IMG/VR virus record: IMGVR_UViG_3300029286_001586
Span: 10,053 to 74,052 of that record
Direction: 5' to 3' (one strand)
Origin: a virus
DNA: 64,000 nt
Shown: positions 59,480 through 64,000 of the stretch, piece by piece
Position numbering within the stretch: position 1 is the first letter of the stretch
How the letters are laid out: every line of letters begins with the position of its first letter
Notes under the pieces: model-generated
What the model was told of the DNA's origin: nothing
The model's input: the letters and a program-made list of their open reading frames with translations, nothing else
Databases searched by the model: none
Position numbers and translations under genes: made by a program

Positions 59480-59690
59480 TATGAACCGAAAAATTTTAAT
59501 TTTAATTTTTCCATAAAACCAAAATTTTATTTTAAGATTTTCCGAGAAACGAAAATTTTGAAAAAATCATTTTTCGATAAAATGAAATTTTTATTTTGCC
59601 CGCTCTCGATAAAACCAATTTTTAAAAAATAATTTTGTGATAAAATCGAATTTTGAAATTTATTTTTTTATCAAAATGTCAATTTTTCCG
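59480..59690. repeat. Degenerate ~32-bp phased A/T-tract repeats
   Basis: gATAAAAcc...aTTTT-like units starting at about 59480, 59512, 59544, 59576, 59608 and 59639. Confidence 0.65.
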
Positions 59691-59935
59691 ACAATTTTAA
59701 TTTTCGTTATCTGGTAATGATACAATTCCAGAACTTGTATCATAATCTGTCAATTGGTCAACGCTAGTTATTTCCATGTTTATCCCCTCATATATAAGTA
59801 TATACGAATGATGACATTTTCAAAAATCGTTTATAGGTCAATTTTGAGGCTGTAATAGCGTTTTAAGCTGTGGGCTATGTTTGTATTAGTTCGCCTGTAA
59901 AAATCGATTCTGGGTCATTCTGGTAGGTCTTTTTT

Positions 59936-60029
59936 CGGCTCCGGCTCCCGGCATTGTCCAGAATCCGGGCAATGTCCCCCGGCAGAGTTCCCCGGGACAT
60001 TCCCCGGCAGAGTTCCCCGGCGTGCCGGA
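59936..60029. repeat. GC-rich direct/inverted repeat patch
   Basis: ccccggcagagttccccgg twice; many CCGG; aatgtccc/gggacatt inverted pair. Confidence 0.75.
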
Positions 60030-60312
60030 TATCATGCAAGTTTGTTAGCAGATATCCCGATAAATAAATATAAGGGGGAAACAAACGATGATATTAATAC
60101 ATGGAATCAAGTCTAGCAAGGCGGTATATCTGGGAAAGATAAGAGAGAGCGAGATGTCGGCGAACATGAAAAAACTAAAAATGATTATATCGGGTAAACT
60201 TTTTGACAGTCTGATTATATCTACTTCGAGAGTGAAAAAATGTTCTTAATACTGCAATTAGTTTTATTAGTATTGGTATTAATTGCATTGTGGCAAGATG
60301 ATAAAAATGTAC

Positions 60313-60341
60313 TTGACAAATGAATGAACCGATTATATAAT
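60313..60341 (+). promoter_or_regulatory. Consensus sigma70 early promoter
   Basis: TTGACA-17 bp-TATAAT. Confidence 0.85.
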
Positions 60342-60612
60342 GATATTAGTCAGACCGAAGGGGGGTGAAAAAAATGAATTTTGTTGTAACTGATGAACAG
60401 ACGATCGCAATAGCGAAAAAAATTAATAGCGATGATGAAAATGATATCATGGAATATATTGATAGATTGATTAATGATAATTGCAATTAATTAATTGATA
60501 CCGCTCTATAAATGGGCGGTATCAGAAAATTAATAAAGGAAAAAATAAATTGGAGCGGTGAAATTCCGAGAGATGAGAGAGCCGATAAAACAAAAATAAA
60601 AGGATAAAACAA

Positions 60613-60924
60613 ATGTCAATAAAATGGAATAGGGTGTTAGAAAATAAAATAATTAAAATGGCAGTAAAGAATGTTTTGAAATCTGGGTATATTGCACAAA
60701 TTTGGGACGATAACACTTTAGCATATAAAGGCAAAAACTTAAACAAAATTATTGATACTACAAATGAATTTGATGATTGTATGATTTTGTTTGATGATAA
60801 GAATTCCGGTTCCCACGCCTGGATAAAATTGACATTCGGAAATTGTCAAGATGTTATATCAGATTATACACTAAATATCGAAAAAGAACTCCAATCTGCA
60901 ATTTTATTTTCCGAAAAATGGTAA
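60613..60924 (+). CDS. Early hypothetical protein
   Basis: GN..DVISDYT motif; SD present. Confidence 0.6.
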   Translation: MSIKWNRVLENKIIKMAVKNVLKSGYIAQIWDDNTLAYKGKNLNKIIDTTNEFDDCMILFDDKNSGSHAWIKLTFGNCQDVISDYTLNIEKELQSAILFSEKW

Positions 60925-61074
60925 ATAATATGATACCAATTACAGCACTTGAAATCGCTCAGAATAGACGGAAAGAAAAATCAGAATTCAATTATTATGT
61001 TCCCGCTCTGATTTTATACTTTTTGATGATTTTAGGAATGACGATAATATTAATAGGAAGGACGGTATCATAAC

Positions 61075-61872
61075 ATGTGTCATTTTAAAAGTTTACTAAT
61101 TTATCAGGACAAAATTTATTCATTCGCAGGGATTGACAGCCATGCACAAATTGCAAATCAAATGCGAGATGTATTTTTCAGGGATATATCATCAGGTACA
61201 CAAATAGAAGATAGCTCAATCAAAATCGAGATATTATTCAATAAAAATATTATCAAGTTTGATAATATACCAACATCATTAGTTATGAATTTCAAAACAA
61301 CAGATATATCAATGATAGAAAATTTGAAATCATTTTATACCACAGATATCGTAAAATGGTTGAATGATAACAGGCAAAATATCATTGATGAAATTATGAG
61401 CCGCGATATAGATGAAATGGACAAACAAATTATAGGAACTAAACAACGGCACGGATATAAAAATATGGATAAATACCGACAAATTTTAGAACGCATTTAT
61501 GCCGAATTCAATTATCGGGATACTAATTATAATAACTTTATAAAAACATATGAAAAAAGTTTACTAACGAAAGTTAAAAATAATAGAATGAAAATTGACA
61601 AAGCGATATCGGCTCTTGAAAAATACACGGCAAAAAAAAGAGCGATAAAAGACAAGGCAAAAAAAGATTTTGTAATCAGACTAATGAAAGATAATAACAT
61701 CAAAGATAGATATATTGAACCAAAAAATGGTTATCCCTTATATCACACAAAAATCAAACATAGACTAGATAGAATTATAAGAAATATATCAAGACCGATA
61801 AATATCTATGAATCAAAATTATTGACTGATAAAATCATAAATGATGATTTTGGAAAGTACACGGTGCAATAA
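61075..61872 (+). CDS. Early protein with MCxFxS/DSH N-terminal domain
   Basis: MCHFKS...DSHAQIA, similar to the N-terminus of 57601..58350. Confidence 0.6.
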   Translation: MCHFKSLLIYQDKIYSFAGIDSHAQIANQMRDVFFRDISSGTQIEDSSIKIEILFNKNIIKFDNIPTSLVMNFKTTDISMIENLKSFYTTDIVKWLNDNRQNIIDEIMSRDIDEMDKQIIGTKQRHGYKNMDKYRQILERIYAEFNYRDTNYNNFIKTYEKSLLTKVKNNRMKIDKAISALEKYTAKKRAIKDKAKKDFVIRLMKDNNIKDRYIEPKNGYPLYHTKIKHRLDRIIRNISRPINIYESKLLTDKIINDDFGKYTVQ

Positions 61873-62501
61873 TGACAAGAGAAAAACATGTATATCGAAC
61901 TAATGAAATAGCAGGATTATTTTTAAGGCAATACAAGACAAGCGCACGGAATCAACAGGGCAATTATTATTTTAACGGTAATACTCTGTATTCATACGGC
62001 AGTCATTTCATTTGTGTTCAAATTCACAGCATAGCAGAGAAAAAATATTTATTTATAAACGATGCTGGTTATTCAGTAACAACGGCAAAGCACAAATTAT
62101 ACGGATATAGTTATGATGATTTTGCCGTGATACACTTTAAAAACTTGCAATGTTTTAATTATCATTTTGATATCATAAGATTAATATCAGAAATGGATAA
62201 CAGTAAAGCTGATATACAAGACTTGCAAGGCAAAATAAAACGATGCAAAACGCTATGGAAAATAAAATATTATCAAGAGGATATCGAACACAAAAATCAG
62301 AATATCACTAACATAAAATCATTTGTTAGGGATTATATAGCAGTAAATGGATATAAGACAATTACGGATATTATAAAGGATGATTTTAAAAAAATATCAT
62401 CCGATGATAATTTGCGTGATATAAAAATCCGTACCGATAGAATAAAGGAAAATAAGGCACAAATAAAATTAATAAAATCAATAGTAAAGGATGTAAAATA
62501 A
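61872..62501 (+). CDS. Early conserved phage protein
   Basis: YFNGNTLYSYGSHF...YSVTTAKH. Confidence 0.65.
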   Translation: MTREKHVYRTNEIAGLFLRQYKTSARNQQGNYYFNGNTLYSYGSHFICVQIHSIAEKKYLFINDAGYSVTTAKHKLYGYSYDDFAVIHFKNLQCFNYHFDIIRLISEMDNSKADIQDLQGKIKRCKTLWKIKYYQEDIEHKNQNITNIKSFVRDYIAVNGYKTITDIIKDDFKKISSDDNLRDIKIRTDRIKENKAQIKLIKSIVKDVK

Positions 62502-62818
62502 TGACAATTTTAACATCACGCTGGAGAGCTTATAACATCATCAGTAACAATACAAAGTTATCGGAATCACGGAAAGATTTTCTACTAAATAATATTGTAA
62601 ACACGCCGAGTTATGACAAGACCGAAAACATAAGCCGTATAATACAGTGTGCTTACGGCGTAATGAACGCTACAATTTCACGCCGTTTATCTATCATCGA
62701 AAAAAATCCGAGTATAGCGATAATTGCCGATGATATTATGATAGATGATACCGATGATGATATAGATTTTAGTGAAACATCGGACGAACCGATACTAGCG
62801 GAAATGAGTGTAATATAA
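62501..62818 (+). CDS. Hypothetical protein with acidic tail
   Basis: Coupled ORF. Confidence 0.5.
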   Translation: MTILTSRWRAYNIISNNTKLSESRKDFLLNNIVNTPSYDKTENISRIIQCAYGVMNATISRRLSIIEKNPSIAIIADDIMIDDTDDDIDFSETSDEPILAEMSVI

Positions 62819-63354
62819 TATGAAAATAGATATAATAAAGGATAAGAAAAAATATAGTTTGTTAGCAGTCTATGAGTGTGGAAATTCTGGGCATTATGAG
62901 CAAAAAATAATATGCAATAATTTATCTCATAAAAAGGCTTTAATGCTAAAAAACAAACTTGAAACGGAGAAAATATAACATGTTAAAACTAGCAGGCACG
63001 ATACATGATATAAAATCACAGCTTGAACATATAACAGGGAATCAAGGCAAGCAAAAAGCGGTTATAGATTTTAGGGGTCTTTTCCCGGTCTTTTGTGCAT
63101 GGCATAAAACTCCGTTCATCGTGAATTATTCGACGGTAGAACACAGCCACGGCATATGCAAAGAATGTCAGATAAAATTAATACAGGGAAAGGTGAACTA
63201 AACATGGATAGACTAATTGACTATGTTCAATATGTTCATTATTGTCGGGAGAACTTTCACAATGATATCGCCTTGCTGTGTATTGTCATTGTCATCGTGA
63301 TATCATTCTTGTGGCATAAGCCGTAGCATTTCCCTTGCCGTGTCCCTTGTCTAT

Positions 63355-63389
63355 CCCTTGTAGCGTTTACAGCGTTGCAAGGGGTTTTT
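63355..63389 (+). terminator. Rho-independent terminator
   Basis: cccttgtagcg/cgttgcaaggg stem followed by gttttt. Confidence 0.7.
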
Positions 63390-64000
63390 CGTGTCCGATA
63401 TCGGCTCGATATTTATTCGTATTTTGTGAGTAGAAAAAGGAAACGCCCATTACACAGCTAAACACTTATCAAGAGTATAATCATTAATACAGATCATTAC
63501 AGTACAATACAGGGGAGATAATAGGGGATAACAGGCATTGCCTGAAGTGGTATCTATCTCATACTTTCATGCCACAAATTGAATATCATGTTCAATTATA
63601 TTGTGATTTATTTCACAATAAACGCTGTATTGAGTACAATAAATGCTATTCACGCTCTCAGTAATGCTATCAGTGAAAGTGTATCAGTTTGTATTGTCGG
63701 ACTGTTGACAGTCCTCTCTTGTCGCTCTTGATATCGCTCTGCTATGTTAGCACTCAATCAAAATAAAAACGCTTGTAATGTCAATTTTGGGGCTCTGACA
63801 GCACGCTATATATAGCGGTATGTTTATCCGCTCTCAGACCGTGCAAAGTAAACAAATGTTTACCAATACAACGGCACAAAATGCCCATGCTCATTCTTTG
63901 ACATAACATGTATTATGCGACATTAATTTTGACCTATGCTATTAGAGGTCGATTTTAGGCGATTATAGGCACTTTAGGCATATAGAGCCAAAGGACACTC

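Overview
The window is most of the genome of an AT-rich tailed dsDNA bacteriophage, probably a siphovirus (long tape measure and tail tube, no sheath). No integrase or repressor is visible. 1-28.7 kb (+) is the late module: a 5'-truncated methyltransferase-GT2-GT4 glycosyltransferase fusion, intein-containing terminase, portal, protease/scaffold, capsid, tail and lysis genes. 28.7-59.1 kb (-) holds replication, recombination and accessory genes: a family B DNA polymerase interrupted by an in-frame amber-containing segment and fused to an intein-containing AEP primase, plus DnaB, RecA, RuvB, a Cas4-like nuclease, RtcB, a sigma factor, an initiator tRNA inside a structured ncRNA cluster, and two W/R/G-variable repeat proteins. 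59.2-60.3 kb is a non-coding strand-switch region with a dense DnaA-box array, 32-bp phased repeats and GC-rich repeats, followed by (+) early genes. The strongest candidates for new biology are: (1) a Ser-Gly motif enriched in outer virion proteins next to the glycosyltransferase (candidate virion glycosylation sequon); (2) the polymerase-primase locus (CTG start, ExoI D->N, amber-containing insert); (3) duplicated DnaA-box elements; (4) a phage-specific promoter that probably drives leaderless mRNAs; (5) the ncRNA cluster. All calls come from manual motif reading; no database searches were run.
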